Shown: positions 46,683-56,864, counted from the stretch's first letter. The stretch is DNA of 64,000 nt from Dehalogenimonas sp. WBC-2 (GCA_001005265.1 CP011392.1:1111902-1175901); one strand, 5' to 3'. The notes: generated from the sequence alone by a model not told the origin. Program-made: numbers and translations.

Positions 46683-48032
46683 ATGACAATACAAGCACTA
46701 CAAAAACAGCACATCATTGTCATCGGCGGCGGCGCTGCCGGACTGATGGCTGCCGGACGGGCGGCAGAGTTGGGAGCGCCGGTCATTCTCCTTGAGCGAA
46801 TGGAAACTCCAGGCAAGAAACTGCTGATCACCGGAAAAGGCCGCTGTAACATAACCAATACTGCCCCATTAAAAGAGTTTTTAGCCGCATTCGGCCTCAA
46901 TGGGAGATTCCTCCACGGGGCTTTCCACCGTTTCTTTCGTGACGAACTACTGGATTTCTTTCACCACCGTAGTGTGGAGACAAAAGCCGAACGTGGTGGA
47001 CGGATATTTCCAGTATCAGATCAGGCTTCTGATGTTGTTGATGCTCTTGCATCTTATGCCAGGGAACATGGCGTAGAAATCAGGCTGAACAGCCGTGCCG
47101 CTGCCGTCGAGCGTGATGAACATGGTATTACCGGCGTACGTTTGGAAAACGGGGAGTATCTGCCCGCTACCGCCGTCATCATAGCGGCCGGCGGCTCTTC
47201 ATTTCCAGCCACCGGCTCCTCCGGTGATGGTTTCAACCTGGCAACGAAACTCGGTCATAAGGTAAACCCGCTCTATCCTGCGCTGGTGCCGCTGGTCATC
47301 AGGGAATTCAGTTTCGCCATAGCCTGTCAGGGCGTCAGCCTCAAGAATGTCCGACTGACCGCTTTCGCCTGCGACAAATCTTCGATTCCGGATACCACTA
47401 TCGCACATGACTACGGACGCGGTACCGGTTGGGAGAAGTCGCCGCCGAAAGTCATCGAGAGCCGTTTCGGGGAGATGCTGTTCACTCACTTCGGCATCGG
47501 CGGTCCGATAACCCTGCTCATGAGTCAGGCAGTGGCCCGTGCGCTGGAGACAGGACCAGTGTCAGTGAGCATCGACATCAAACCGGCGCTGACCAAAAAG
47601 GAACTCGAAGCAAGACTGCAGCGTGAATTCTCGGCCTTCCCAAAGCGGCAGTTACCGGCCATCCTTCGGGAACTACTGCCGGACAAGATGGTCGAACTCA
47701 TGGCCGGAGTATCTGGTATTCCCCTGGGCAGAACCGGCGCCAATATGACCGCTGAGAATCGCACCGGCCTGGTGAAGCTGCTAAAAGAACTTTCATTCGA
47801 TGTGAAAACCACACTGCCCTTGGGCGCGGCGATGGTGACTGCCGGTGGTGTTGAACTTAACGAAATCGACCCACGAACGATGTCATCCAAACTGGTACCC
47901 GGCTTATATCTGGCCGGTGAGGTTCTGGACCTTGACGCCGATACCGGCGGCTACAACCTTCAGGCGGCTTTCTCGACCGGGTGGGTGGCGGGAGAATCGG
48001 CCGCGCGGTTTATAGGTTTCACAAAATCTTGA
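46683..48032 (+). CDS. NAD(P)/FAD-dependent oxidoreductase, HI0933/BaiN-like family
   Basis: N-terminal dinucleotide fold IIVIGGGAAGLMAAGRAAELG, GKGRCNITN, and C-terminal GLYLAGEVLDLDADTGGYNLQAAFSTG. Confidence 0.85.
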   Translation: MTIQALQKQHIIVIGGGAAGLMAAGRAAELGAPVILLERMETPGKKLLITGKGRCNITNTAPLKEFLAAFGLNGRFLHGAFHRFFRDELLDFFHHRSVETKAERGGRIFPVSDQASDVVDALASYAREHGVEIRLNSRAAAVERDEHGITGVRLENGEYLPATAVIIAAGGSSFPATGSSGDGFNLATKLGHKVNPLYPALVPLVIREFSFAIACQGVSLKNVRLTAFACDKSSIPDTTIAHDYGRGTGWEKSPPKVIESRFGEMLFTHFGIGGPITLLMSQAVARALETGPVSVSIDIKPALTKKELEARLQREFSAFPKRQLPAILRELLPDKMVELMAGVSGIPLGRTGANMTAENRTGLVKLLKELSFDVKTTLPLGAAMVTAGGVELNEIDPRTMSSKLVPGLYLAGEVLDLDADTGGYNLQAAFSTGWVAGESAARFIGFTKS

Positions 48033-48082
48033 TTTCACAACTTCCTGAGCTATAATAAGTCAAGCTTGCTATTAGGAGATAT

Positions 48083-49051
48083 ATGAAAAAAATAGCCGTC
48101 CTCACCAGCGGCGGAGACGCTCCAGGTATGAACGCTGCCATCCGCGCCATAGTGCGGTGTGGGATATCTAACGGGTGGGAAGTAACTGGTGTTAATCAGG
48201 GTTATACAGGCCTTATAAACGGCGATTTTCGTCCGCTCAGAGCACGCGATGTCTCTGGCATCATCCAGGCCGGGGGCACTATACTCGGTTCAAGCAGATC
48301 CCCGGAGTTTGAAACCGAACCGGGCAGACACAAGGCTTTGGATAACTTGAAAAGGAATCAAATTGGAGCTTTATTTGTCATCGGCGGTAACGGATCGCAG
48401 ACCGGAGCCCACCTTCTTAACCAAATGGGGTTCCCGACTATTGGTGTGGCCTCAACCATCGACAACGACCTTTACGGCACCGATCAAAGCATCGGAGTGG
48501 ATACCGCTCTTAATATTGCGCTGGAGGCTATTGACCGCCTCAAGGTGACCGCTACCTCTCACCACCGGGCCCATATCGTGGAAACAATGGGCCGGAATCA
48601 GGGTTACCTTGCACTCATGGCCGGTATCGCCGGCGGCGCGGAATACGTGGTCATCCCCGAAATTGAAACGACCCCGGAAAAAGTTGCCGAGGTCATCAAG
48701 TCTACCTACAACCGCGGTAAATCTCATTGTCTCATTGTGGTCGCCGAAGGTGCCTATTGGAATGCTGAGCGACTGCTGTCCCATTTCAGAGAAAATGCCG
48801 AGTTAGGTTTCTCATTGCGGGCAACAATATTGGGTCATGTCCAACGCGGTGGCGCTCCCACTGCCTTCGATCGGTTGCTGGCCACAAGGATTGGGGCTGC
48901 GGCCATTGATGAACTGGAAGCTGGAAATTCAGGCGTGTTATTAGGCTTGGCCTGCGGTGAGATCAAGGCAACTCCTTACTCAGAAGTGACAGGCCACCAG
49001 AAAACCTTTGATCTGACTTTCCTGGATACTGCCGAGAAACTTGCCCGTTAA
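48083..49051 (+). CDS. pfkA: ATP-dependent 6-phosphofructokinase
   Basis: KIAVLTSGGDAPGMNAAIRA, IGGNGS, TIDNDL, ETMGRNQGYLA, LGHVQRGG. Confidence 0.95.
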   Translation: MKKIAVLTSGGDAPGMNAAIRAIVRCGISNGWEVTGVNQGYTGLINGDFRPLRARDVSGIIQAGGTILGSSRSPEFETEPGRHKALDNLKRNQIGALFVIGGNGSQTGAHLLNQMGFPTIGVASTIDNDLYGTDQSIGVDTALNIALEAIDRLKVTATSHHRAHIVETMGRNQGYLALMAGIAGGAEYVVIPEIETTPEKVAEVIKSTYNRGKSHCLIVVAEGAYWNAERLLSHFRENAELGFSLRATILGHVQRGGAPTAFDRLLATRIGAAAIDELEAGNSGVLLGLACGEIKATPYSEVTGHQKTFDLTFLDTAEKLAR

Positions 49052-49085
49052 GATCAATGTGATTTTTATGACCAGGAAAAATAAA

Positions 49086-50048
49086 ATGACTACTCTCATT
49101 CTTACCCGGAAAGATATCTCCGGGCTTATCACCATGAAGGAAACCTTAAAAGCTGTTGAACGATCCTTCACCGATTATACTTTAGGCAGGGCAATTATGC
49201 CGCCAAAAGCATACCTTACCCTTGAAACCGGGGATTTCCGCGCCATGCCTGCCGCCATACCTGGTGCTGCCGGAATGAAATGGGTTAACGTCCACTCAGG
49301 CAACGCAACAAAAGGGTTACCCAGCGTTATGGGTATCATTATCTATTCGGATCCGTACACCGGATACCCTTTGGCTATTATGGACGGCACACAAATTACC
49401 GCCTACCGTACCGGTGCTGCCGCTGCTATTGCCAGTAAATACCTGGCCCTGAAGGATGCCAACAGTCTGGGACTTATTGGCACTGGTAATCAGGCTGATA
49501 CACAACTCATGGCCCACCTTGAATACTTCAAATTCAATGAAATCCTGGTTTATGACCGATCAGTCGAGGCCGCAGAAAAATTCAAGGCACGTCACCCTAA
49601 ACTACCGGTCAAAGTTACAGGGTTGGAAATTGCCTGCAATGCCGATATAGTATGCACACTGACACCTTCACGGACGCCCTATCTCAGAAGAGAATGGCTT
49701 AAATATGGGGCTCACGTCAATGCCATCGGTGCCGATGCCCCAGGCAAACAAGAACTTGAACAGGCGGTATTGGATGGGGCGATGGTCGTTGTAGATGATA
49801 TTTACCAATCCACTCACGCCGGAGAACTCAATGTCCCAATTGCCCAACGATTGTTTTCTGAAAGCCAGATATTTGCCACCCTGGGAGAATTAACCTCCGG
49901 TCAGAAACAGGGCAGATCCAATGATTCTGACATTACCGTTTTTGATTCCACCGGCTTGGCCATCCAGGATATCGCCTGTGCAAAGCTAATCTATGAAAAG
50001 GCGCTTTCGCGCAATTTAGGCCAATTTTTCGATTTCATTCAGAATTGA
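49086..50048 (+). CDS. Ornithine cyclodeaminase / mu-crystallin family protein (possibly an archaeal-type alanine dehydrogenase)
   Basis: ITAYRTGAAAAIASKYLA and LGLIGTGNQA (Rossmann fold) are typical of the OCD/mu-crystallin family. ATG at 49068 or 49041 are alternative starts. Confidence 0.85.
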   Translation: MTTLILTRKDISGLITMKETLKAVERSFTDYTLGRAIMPPKAYLTLETGDFRAMPAAIPGAAGMKWVNVHSGNATKGLPSVMGIIIYSDPYTGYPLAIMDGTQITAYRTGAAAAIASKYLALKDANSLGLIGTGNQADTQLMAHLEYFKFNEILVYDRSVEAAEKFKARHPKLPVKVTGLEIACNADIVCTLTPSRTPYLRREWLKYGAHVNAIGADAPGKQELEQAVLDGAMVVVDDIYQSTHAGELNVPIAQRLFSESQIFATLGELTSGQKQGRSNDSDITVFDSTGLAIQDIACAKLIYEKALSRNLGQFFDFIQN

Positions 50049-50088
50049 TGGTTTATATCTCTGGGAATTTCTTCAAGTTTTCTGACTC

Positions 50089-50143
50089 TAGGCAAAAGCA
50101 GAGAATCCACTAATCACCGTTCACCCTGAGCGAAGTCGAATAA
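50089..50143. repeat. REP-like repeat unit
   Basis: aggcaaaagcagagaatccactaatcaccgttcaccctgagcgaagtcgaataaac. A paralog of 46559-46634. Confidence 0.7.
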
Positions 50144-50291
50144 ACTTCAATCATCAAAAAGCGTGTATTTTTGTCAAAACAATTCTATCTACTCCCATCA
50201 GTTCAATATAATATGGACGCTTTTTCGGTGTTGTAAAATCGTATTCCAGAGACTACAATAAATAATAATATTAAGAAAACAGGACATCTAG

Positions 50292-51842
50292 TTGGGGGAA
50301 AAGATAATTCCAACCCATTTTAATAATGAGGGATTTTACCAGACCATTTTTGAGAACGCCACAGATGTTATTCTACTGTGGGAATATATTGAACGAGAAA
50401 ATATATTCCGGATTATTGAAGCCAATCCCATTGCTTGTGAACGCTATGGCTATACACATGAAGAATTTATCGGACTTAGCGCAAAAGACCTGAATACAAC
50501 TGAGAGTTATGAAACCAGCAAAGCAATAGCCACACGGCTGTTAGAAATTTGTCAGGCAAGATTTGAACTTGTTCATGTAACCAGAGACGGGCTTCCCATT
50601 CCTTCCGAAGTGTCATCACATCTTTTTAAATTTAATGGTAGGATTTTAGTTGTCTCGGTAGCGCGTGATATTGCGGAGAGAAAAAAACAGGAAGCTACTA
50701 TCCGGCAACTGGCCAATTACCCATTATCTAATCCTAATCCTGTCTTAAGTGTCACATCTGAAGGTGAAATTATTTTCGCGAATCCCGCAACTGAACCACT
50801 TCTTGAATGCTGGGGAACGCAGCAGGGCGGAAAGGTGCCATCATCGCTGCAAAAAACTATCGCTGAAATATACAAATTGAATAGCAAGACAAATATTGAA
50901 TTCTCTTGTGGTAGTCAGATTTTTTCCCTGACTATCCAACCTAATATTAACGAGGGCTATCTTAACATCTATGCTCTTGATATCACCGAACCGCGCCAAA
51001 AGCAGGCCGAAATAGAAAGCTATCAGCAACGACTTGAGGAATTAGTGGCAGTCCGTACCCAGGCTCTGAACGAAGAGATTGCCACGAGGCGCAAGACAGA
51101 AGATGAATTAAAGATATTGTACCAGCGGGAGCAGGAATTAAGCTCGGCTCTTAAACAACAAATTGATGAGCGCGTCCTGTTCACCCGAGCCCTGGTTCAT
51201 GAACTAAAGACTCCGTTAACTCCCTTGTTGACTGCATCTGATTTCTTGGAAGACCACCTTACAGATGAAATATCTCTGGGTTTTGCCAGAAACATTCACG
51301 CTGGGGCTCTTAACATGGAAAAACGTGTTAACGAACTCCTTGACCTGGCTCACGGCGAAGTGGGTACTCTCAAACTTACCTATAGTAATTTCAACCTGGT
51401 AGATCTTCTGTCAGAGATTGGCGAATACGTAAAACCGGAGGCTATGCGTCGCGGTCAAAAACTTGAGCTTGATGTACCCGTCCAGCCAGTATTATTACAA
51501 GCTGACCCTGACCGTTTGAGACAGGTGATCACTAACCTGCTCTCTAATTCATTCAAGTTCACCCGCCGAGGTGGTCAAATCAAGTTGCGTGCCATCACAG
51601 AGCCTGATGCTGCCATCATATCGGTAACTGATACCGGTTCAGGTATAGATGCCGCTGATCTACCCTACTTGTTCCAGCCATACCACCTTGGTCAAAAATC
51701 AGAAAAAAGCAGGCTAAGCGGCCTCGGTCTTGGGCTTGTTCTCTCGCGGATGATCGTAGAATTGCACGGTGGACAAATTTGGCTCAAGAGTGCCAAAGGT
51801 AAAGGCAGTACCTTCAGTTTTAAAATACCATATACCAAGTGA
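50292..51842 (+). CDS. PAS-domain sensor histidine kinase (cytoplasmic)
   Basis: TTG start. PAS-like N-terminal domains, a coiled linker, H-box VHELKTPLT, then NLLSNSFKFT, DTGSGI and GLGLGLVLS. Confidence 0.9.
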   Translation: MGEKIIPTHFNNEGFYQTIFENATDVILLWEYIERENIFRIIEANPIACERYGYTHEEFIGLSAKDLNTTESYETSKAIATRLLEICQARFELVHVTRDGLPIPSEVSSHLFKFNGRILVVSVARDIAERKKQEATIRQLANYPLSNPNPVLSVTSEGEIIFANPATEPLLECWGTQQGGKVPSSLQKTIAEIYKLNSKTNIEFSCGSQIFSLTIQPNINEGYLNIYALDITEPRQKQAEIESYQQRLEELVAVRTQALNEEIATRRKTEDELKILYQREQELSSALKQQIDERVLFTRALVHELKTPLTPLLTASDFLEDHLTDEISLGFARNIHAGALNMEKRVNELLDLAHGEVGTLKLTYSNFNLVDLLSEIGEYVKPEAMRRGQKLELDVPVQPVLLQADPDRLRQVITNLLSNSFKFTRRGGQIKLRAITEPDAAIISVTDTGSGIDAADLPYLFQPYHLGQKSEKSRLSGLGLGLVLSRMIVELHGGQIWLKSAKGKGSTFSFKIPYTK

Positions 51843-51851
51843 GGAGAGAAA

Positions 51852-52532
51852 ATGAAAATCCTGATCGTCGAAGATGATGTCGCCATTGTGGAGTTGGTTA
51901 GCCTGTGTTTAAAGGTCAGCTGGCCGGATGCAATAATAATATTCAGCGGCCTGGTGGAAGAAGGCATAGAGCTTGCCAAGGCTGAATCACCGGATCTTAT
52001 TATACTGGATTTAGGATTGCCCGATAAAAGCGGCCTGGAACTTCTTAAAGAGGTCCGCAAAACATCTTCAGTCCCGATAATAATTCTTACCGTACGAAAT
52101 GAAGAATCAGATGTCGTCCGCGGACTGGAACTCGGGGCGGATGACTATATTACCAAGCCATTCCGCCAGATGGAATTCGTTTCCAGAGCCAAAGCTCTAC
52201 TGCGTCGTCAAAATACTAACGATAGCAACTCACCGGTTAATATCGGCCCCTTCCGTTTTTCAGGCTCCCGGCGTCAGGTTGGTATTGATGGAAAGACTAT
52301 TAAACTCACTACTACCGAAGGAAAAATTCTTTATAGCCTGACTCAAAATAATGGTAAACCGGTATCGCATCAGGATCTGTCGTTAACGATATGGGGTGAG
52401 AAAACGCCGGATGCGGCCAACTCTATCCGCGTTCATATTCGAAATTTACGCCAAAAACTAAAGGGTGTCGGTCTTTCAGATATCGTGGCCACCAAGTCAG
52501 GAGCCGGATATTTCCTTAGAAAATTGCCCTGA
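51852..52532 (+). CDS. OmpR/PhoB-family response regulator
   Basis: Receiver domain (IVEDD, IILDLGLPD, TKPF) and a winged helix ending TKSGAGYFLR. Confidence 0.92.
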   Translation: MKILIVEDDVAIVELVSLCLKVSWPDAIIIFSGLVEEGIELAKAESPDLIILDLGLPDKSGLELLKEVRKTSSVPIIILTVRNEESDVVRGLELGADDYITKPFRQMEFVSRAKALLRRQNTNDSNSPVNIGPFRFSGSRRQVGIDGKTIKLTTTEGKILYSLTQNNGKPVSHQDLSLTIWGEKTPDAANSIRVHIRNLRQKLKGVGLSDIVATKSGAGYFLRKLP

Positions 52533-52604
52533 CCATGCGCGAATGTCTTTAACCCAGATGACAAAGGAAAAGTGAATTTCAATGGTTGCCATAAACCTGA
52601 GCTA

Positions 52605-53876
52605 TTAGTTAATAGCAGGAGTTCTGTATTGTCGTTTGCCCCAGATATAAAACGCGAACCCTGCTAACATAATTACCCCGGCTATCGGCGCCCACAAGGC
52701 CATACGCCCGTCAGGTGCGGTACTGTCTAAGAGAACTCCCCCAAGTGTCGGTCCCAATGAAATGCCTAATGTTTCTGCCAAACCATAGAAACCCTGATAC
52801 CGGCCACGCCAACTCGGCGGTGATAGCTCACCAACAACAGCCATACTCACTGGAGAAAACAATACTTCACCTAAAGTGATAATAGCCATAGCCATCAATG
52901 CCATGCCATAAGCACCCACCAATCCGAGCGACAGGTAACCCACAGCATAGACCATCATGCCTAACAAAAGCGCCGTAGCCCGCGTCATTTTACCCACCCA
53001 TCTGGTCACAGGGTACTGCATAGCCACCACCAGGATAGCATTCAACGTCAGCAGCGAACCATACTGCACCGTAGTGAATCCGATCCGATCGACAGTATAC
53101 ACAGAAAGTGTGCTTATGAATTGGCCTAATCCCATAAAAGCGATAATACTGATTATTGTGAAACCTAGAAAAGTCCGATCCCGCGCGGTAACCAACACGG
53201 CGCTGAAAGATACCTTTTCTGTATTAAAACTAGCAGAGCTTTCCTTTAAAAAGAAGTATGTCAATCCCAGTGCAATTGCGCTAATGATCGCTCCACCACC
53301 GAATAACCAGCCGTAAGATGTCGCCAGCCAAAAATAGCCTCCGATGACTGGTCCGAAGCCAAACCCCAGATTCTGACCCATGCGAAGCAGACCATAGCCC
53401 TCTGCCAACCGTGCCTTGGGCATCAAATCTACAACCAATGCCGAGGTGGCCGGGCGTGACGACATAAGAGCACTGCGAACCAATATATATATTGCCACAA
53501 TACTCCATACCGGAGCATCAATATTAACCATTACTGCCATAACAATATACAGGAATGCACTTAAGAACATGCTCCAGAGAATAAGCGGACGCCGCCCAAG
53601 ACTGTCTGAAAGCATTCCGGCATACATCTGTACTGCAGCGGCAACCAGGCCGCTCCCAAGAATAAACAGCCCTACCATTGTCATGGGCACGTCGCGTTGT
53701 TGATGCAGGTACAGAGAGAGGAACGGCAGTGAAAGGGAAAACCCCGCCGAGTTTAACACCCCGATGAGAGTAACCAACCAGATACCAGGCGGAAAGCGCC
53801 GGAATAATGGGCCTGAAAACAGGCTTTTGGGGATGCTTATACCCAAGTCATTTTCGGGCAATTTTATTAGTCCCAA
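52605..53876 (-). CDS. MFS transporter
   Basis: 423 aa, about 12 hydrophobic segments. MFS loop motif GMLSDSLGRRP between TM2 and TM3. Confidence 0.88.
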   Translation of the reverse strand: MGLIKLPENDLGISIPKSLFSGPLFRRFPPGIWLVTLIGVLNSAGFSLSLPFLSLYLHQQRDVPMTMVGLFILGSGLVAAAVQMYAGMLSDSLGRRPLILWSMFLSAFLYIVMAVMVNIDAPVWSIVAIYILVRSALMSSRPATSALVVDLMPKARLAEGYGLLRMGQNLGFGFGPVIGGYFWLATSYGWLFGGGAIISAIALGLTYFFLKESSASFNTEKVSFSAVLVTARDRTFLGFTIISIIAFMGLGQFISTLSVYTVDRIGFTTVQYGSLLTLNAILVVAMQYPVTRWVGKMTRATALLLGMMVYAVGYLSLGLVGAYGMALMAMAIITLGEVLFSPVSMAVVGELSPPSWRGRYQGFYGLAETLGISLGPTLGGVLLDSTAPDGRMALWAPIAGVIMLAGFAFYIWGKRQYRTPAIN

Positions 53877-53958
53877 TTTGTTAGTATGTTTGGAAAATAT
53901 CCATCAATGTACTCCCAAATGGGTTTATTATCAAGGTACCCCATAGGTACCAATTTAA

Positions 53959-54849
53959 TTATTCGGAGATGTCTTTACAGGTATCAAAATGCTTTGCGAG
54001 AAATGCAAGCACTTTTTCTCGTATTAACGGATAATCGTGCCAGTTATAATCATGTCCAGGAGCACCTATATATAGAAGAACGTTCCCGGGTGCTTTGGGA
54101 TTCCTTCCAAAAATGGCGGCAATATTAGCCATGATAGCCCGACGCCAGTGTCCATAACTAAAGGCATCCGGTACGGTTCCATTACTCCGCAGATTCATAA
54201 TGCGCCCATTCTGGTAGGCTTTATACCAGAATGGCGGTCCAAACTCGATACTGAAAAGTCTGGATTCATCAGCCATTAATCGCATTACCTGGTTGGACAT
54301 AACTGTGCCATTACTCTCAGCAGTTAAAAGAACTTTTAAGTTAGGCAGGTGATTCCATAAAAAACGTAGCCGGAGTGCCAATTCACTCGGTTTGGCGATT
54401 GATTTGGCTCCGGCGTTCAATATTTCACTGATATAACCACGCAAACTGCGGAAAGCACGTTGGTAACTCAACACACTTACGGAACATTTCTTTGACACAA
54501 GATGTGACTCGATAGCGTTAATAATAGTCGCATATCCGGATGCTTTGTCCAGTGACGTCCAGCCATATCCCCCTGAGTTAAAGAGGACAAGTATATTAGT
54601 ATTTTCCAGTGTCTGATATGTTGCCAACATGTCAGAGGCCAGCCGGAGCTGCTTGACCCGGTCGTGTCTGTGGAGTGTTTTCGCCATTGCCAGAGCATCT
54701 TCTCTTATAGGCTGTGGAATATTGGTCGGCGCACCGGTTAACAATGATAGACCATTACGTGCCTGCCGCATTAAACCGGGTTCCGGCATCTGCCAGGCCA
54801 AGACCACAACGACACCAATCACACCTAGGATAACCAATGCAACAAACAT
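53959..54849 (-). CDS. Membrane-anchored hypothetical protein, possibly an alpha/beta-hydrolase fold
   Basis: N-terminal TM helix. Candidate nucleophile elbow TAESNG (AxSxG) and C-terminal GAPGHDY. The assignment is weak. Confidence 0.5.
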   Translation of the reverse strand: MFVALVILGVIGVVVVLAWQMPEPGLMRQARNGLSLLTGAPTNIPQPIREDALAMAKTLHRHDRVKQLRLASDMLATYQTLENTNILVLFNSGGYGWTSLDKASGYATIINAIESHLVSKKCSVSVLSYQRAFRSLRGYISEILNAGAKSIAKPSELALRLRFLWNHLPNLKVLLTAESNGTVMSNQVMRLMADESRLFSIEFGPPFWYKAYQNGRIMNLRSNGTVPDAFSYGHWRRAIMANIAAIFGRNPKAPGNVLLYIGAPGHDYNWHDYPLIREKVLAFLAKHFDTCKDISE

Positions 54850-54855
54850 AATGGT

Positions 54856-56055
54856 TTAACCTTGTCGGGAGGAAATAAGCCGTCCCAGGGCTACATCTAA
54901 TAAATTAACGGCTTCATCAATTTCACTTCGGCTGATAATTAATGCCGGCATCAACCTCAGAGCATTTGGCTTGACATCGTTAACTAAAAGTCCCTGTTCC
55001 AGACACTCAGAAGCAAGTTCTTTAGCAATATCCCGGCTAAACTGGACGGCTAAAAGTAACCCTTTCCCACGGATCTGAGTAATAACACCATCATATTTGT
55101 CTTTCAGATTTGTGAGTTTTCCCTCAAGATACTGCCCCATTTCACAGGCATTTTGGGGTATATTATGATCAATCATGAACTTAACTGTGGCATATGCGGC
55201 TGCACAGGTGACCGGATTTCCACCAAAAGTAGAACCGTGTTCTCCTACAGAAAAAACAGAAAACTTGTCCTTGGCCATAATAGCCCCAATTGGGAGACCA
55301 CCGCCCAATCCTTTGGCCAGAGTCATAATGTCAGGGCAGAGATTGAAATTTTGATAAGCAAATAGTGACCCCGTCCGCCCGATGCCTGTCTGAATTTCGT
55401 CAAGAATAAGAACCAGGCCTTTTTCATCACACCAATCTCTAACCTGTTTAAGATAACCAGGCGATGGGGTGTTAACCCCACCTTCACCTTGCACCGGCTC
55501 CAGCATCACAGCGCAAACGGTTTGTGTCGTCGCCTGCTTAATGGCTTCAATATTGTTATATTCAACGTTTATGAACCCCGAGGGTAGCGGAGTATATGGT
55601 TGCTGGTACTTCAGTTGTCCGGACGCCGAAACCATAGCCAATGTACGACCATGAAAAGAACCAGTTGTTGTGATAACTTCATAAGCACCGCCGAGTTGCA
55701 GCTTCCCATACCGTCTTGCCAGTTTTACCGCCCCCTCAGAGGCTTCGGCTCCTGAATTACATAGAAATACCTTGTCAAGATCGCTATTTTTAACCAGGAG
55801 TTCAGCTAACTGTATTTGGGGCTTGGTATAATAATGATTCGAGGTCTGAATGATCTCGCCAACTTGATGCCTCACCGCCTCCACTACAACCGGATGACAA
55901 TGACCTAAAGAATTCACCGCCCAACCAGCTACAAAATCAAGATAGCGTCGTCCGTGTTCATCCCAAACATAACTGCCCACACCTTTGACAATAGTCAGCG
56001 GTGCTCGTTCCACCGTATGCATAAAGTATCGTTTTTCCAGCCCCATCCAGTCCAT
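54856..56055 (-). CDS. argD: Acetylornithine aminotransferase
   Basis: Class III aminotransferase: LILDEIQTGIGRTG and the PLP-lysine motif DIMTLAKGLGGGLPIGA. Gene context is argJ-argB. Confidence 0.92.
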   Translation of the reverse strand: MDWMGLEKRYFMHTVERAPLTIVKGVGSYVWDEHGRRYLDFVAGWAVNSLGHCHPVVVEAVRHQVGEIIQTSNHYYTKPQIQLAELLVKNSDLDKVFLCNSGAEASEGAVKLARRYGKLQLGGAYEVITTTGSFHGRTLAMVSASGQLKYQQPYTPLPSGFINVEYNNIEAIKQATTQTVCAVMLEPVQGEGGVNTPSPGYLKQVRDWCDEKGLVLILDEIQTGIGRTGSLFAYQNFNLCPDIMTLAKGLGGGLPIGAIMAKDKFSVFSVGEHGSTFGGNPVTCAAAYATVKFMIDHNIPQNACEMGQYLEGKLTNLKDKYDGVITQIRGKGLLLAVQFSRDIAKELASECLEQGLLVNDVKPNALRLMPALIISRSEIDEAVNLLDVALGRLISSRQG

Positions 56056-56071
56056 ATTTTATCCCTTCACT

Positions 56072-56845
56072 CTAGATAGTAAGTGTAGTTCCTGTACCGC
56101 CAAAAGTAATCTCATCATAAAGAATATGCGGTTTTCTACCGTCAATAATACTTGCAGTAGTACCTGCAGCGCTAGCACGTCTAGCAGCTTTGATCTTGGG
56201 TATCATGCCTCCGGTAGCTACACCGGTATTTACCAGCATTTCTGCATCTATAGTACTAATTGATTTAATATGGTTTCCGGCTGCATCTCTTATCCCAGCC
56301 ACATCGGTTAAAAATACCAAACGCTCGGCTTGTAGCGCAGCCGCCAATTCACCCGCTACAGGGTCAGCATTGATATTTAACAATCGCACCAAGTCTTCAT
56401 CTGTGTTGAGAGAAACTGGTGAAATCACCGGCACCATATCATTATCCATGAGTGTTTTGATGACAGTCGGATCAACTCGGGCCACATCGCCCATATAACC
56501 CCAATCAGTTCCACGGGGTTTTCCAGAAACCAGACCACCGTCAACCCCGGAAAGGCCTACAGCCTTAACCCCCAGACCAAGTAATAATGCTGTAATTTCT
56601 TTGTTTACCAGACCCGAAAGAACCGCAGCCACGACATCGATGGTATCTTCATCTGTAACACGCTCACCCATTACAATCTTGGTGGCAATGCCAAGGCGCT
56701 TCAACCAACTATTGACCACTGTGCCGCCACCATGGACCACTACCGGATACCAACCTTCCAGTTTAAGCCGGGCAACATCTTCAAGAGACGTATCGCGGCT
56801 TCCCAGTACTGACCCTCCCAATTTGATAACAATAGTCTTATTCAT
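56072..56845 (-). CDS. argB: Acetylglutamate kinase
   Basis: VIKLGGS, VVVHGGG and NINADPVAGELA motifs. Confidence 0.93.
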   Translation of the reverse strand: MNKTIVIKLGGSVLGSRDTSLEDVARLKLEGWYPVVVHGGGTVVNSWLKRLGIATKIVMGERVTDEDTIDVVAAVLSGLVNKEITALLLGLGVKAVGLSGVDGGLVSGKPRGTDWGYMGDVARVDPTVIKTLMDNDMVPVISPVSLNTDEDLVRLLNINADPVAGELAAALQAERLVFLTDVAGIRDAAGNHIKSISTIDAEMLVNTGVATGGMIPKIKAARRASAAGTTASIIDGRKPHILYDEITFGGTGTTLTI

Positions 56846-56864
56846 TGCAATACCTGTTATTGAA

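Noticed and set aside
52540-52600. Partial similarity (agatgacaaaggaaaagtgaatttc) to the distal part of promoter cassettes P1 and P2, downstream of the second response regulator.
   Set aside because: The repeat spacing is 14 bp rather than 11 bp, and there is no -10 or GTTGGGG block. In the cassette orientation it would fire antisense into the regulator gene. It is probably a decayed fragment or coincidence.
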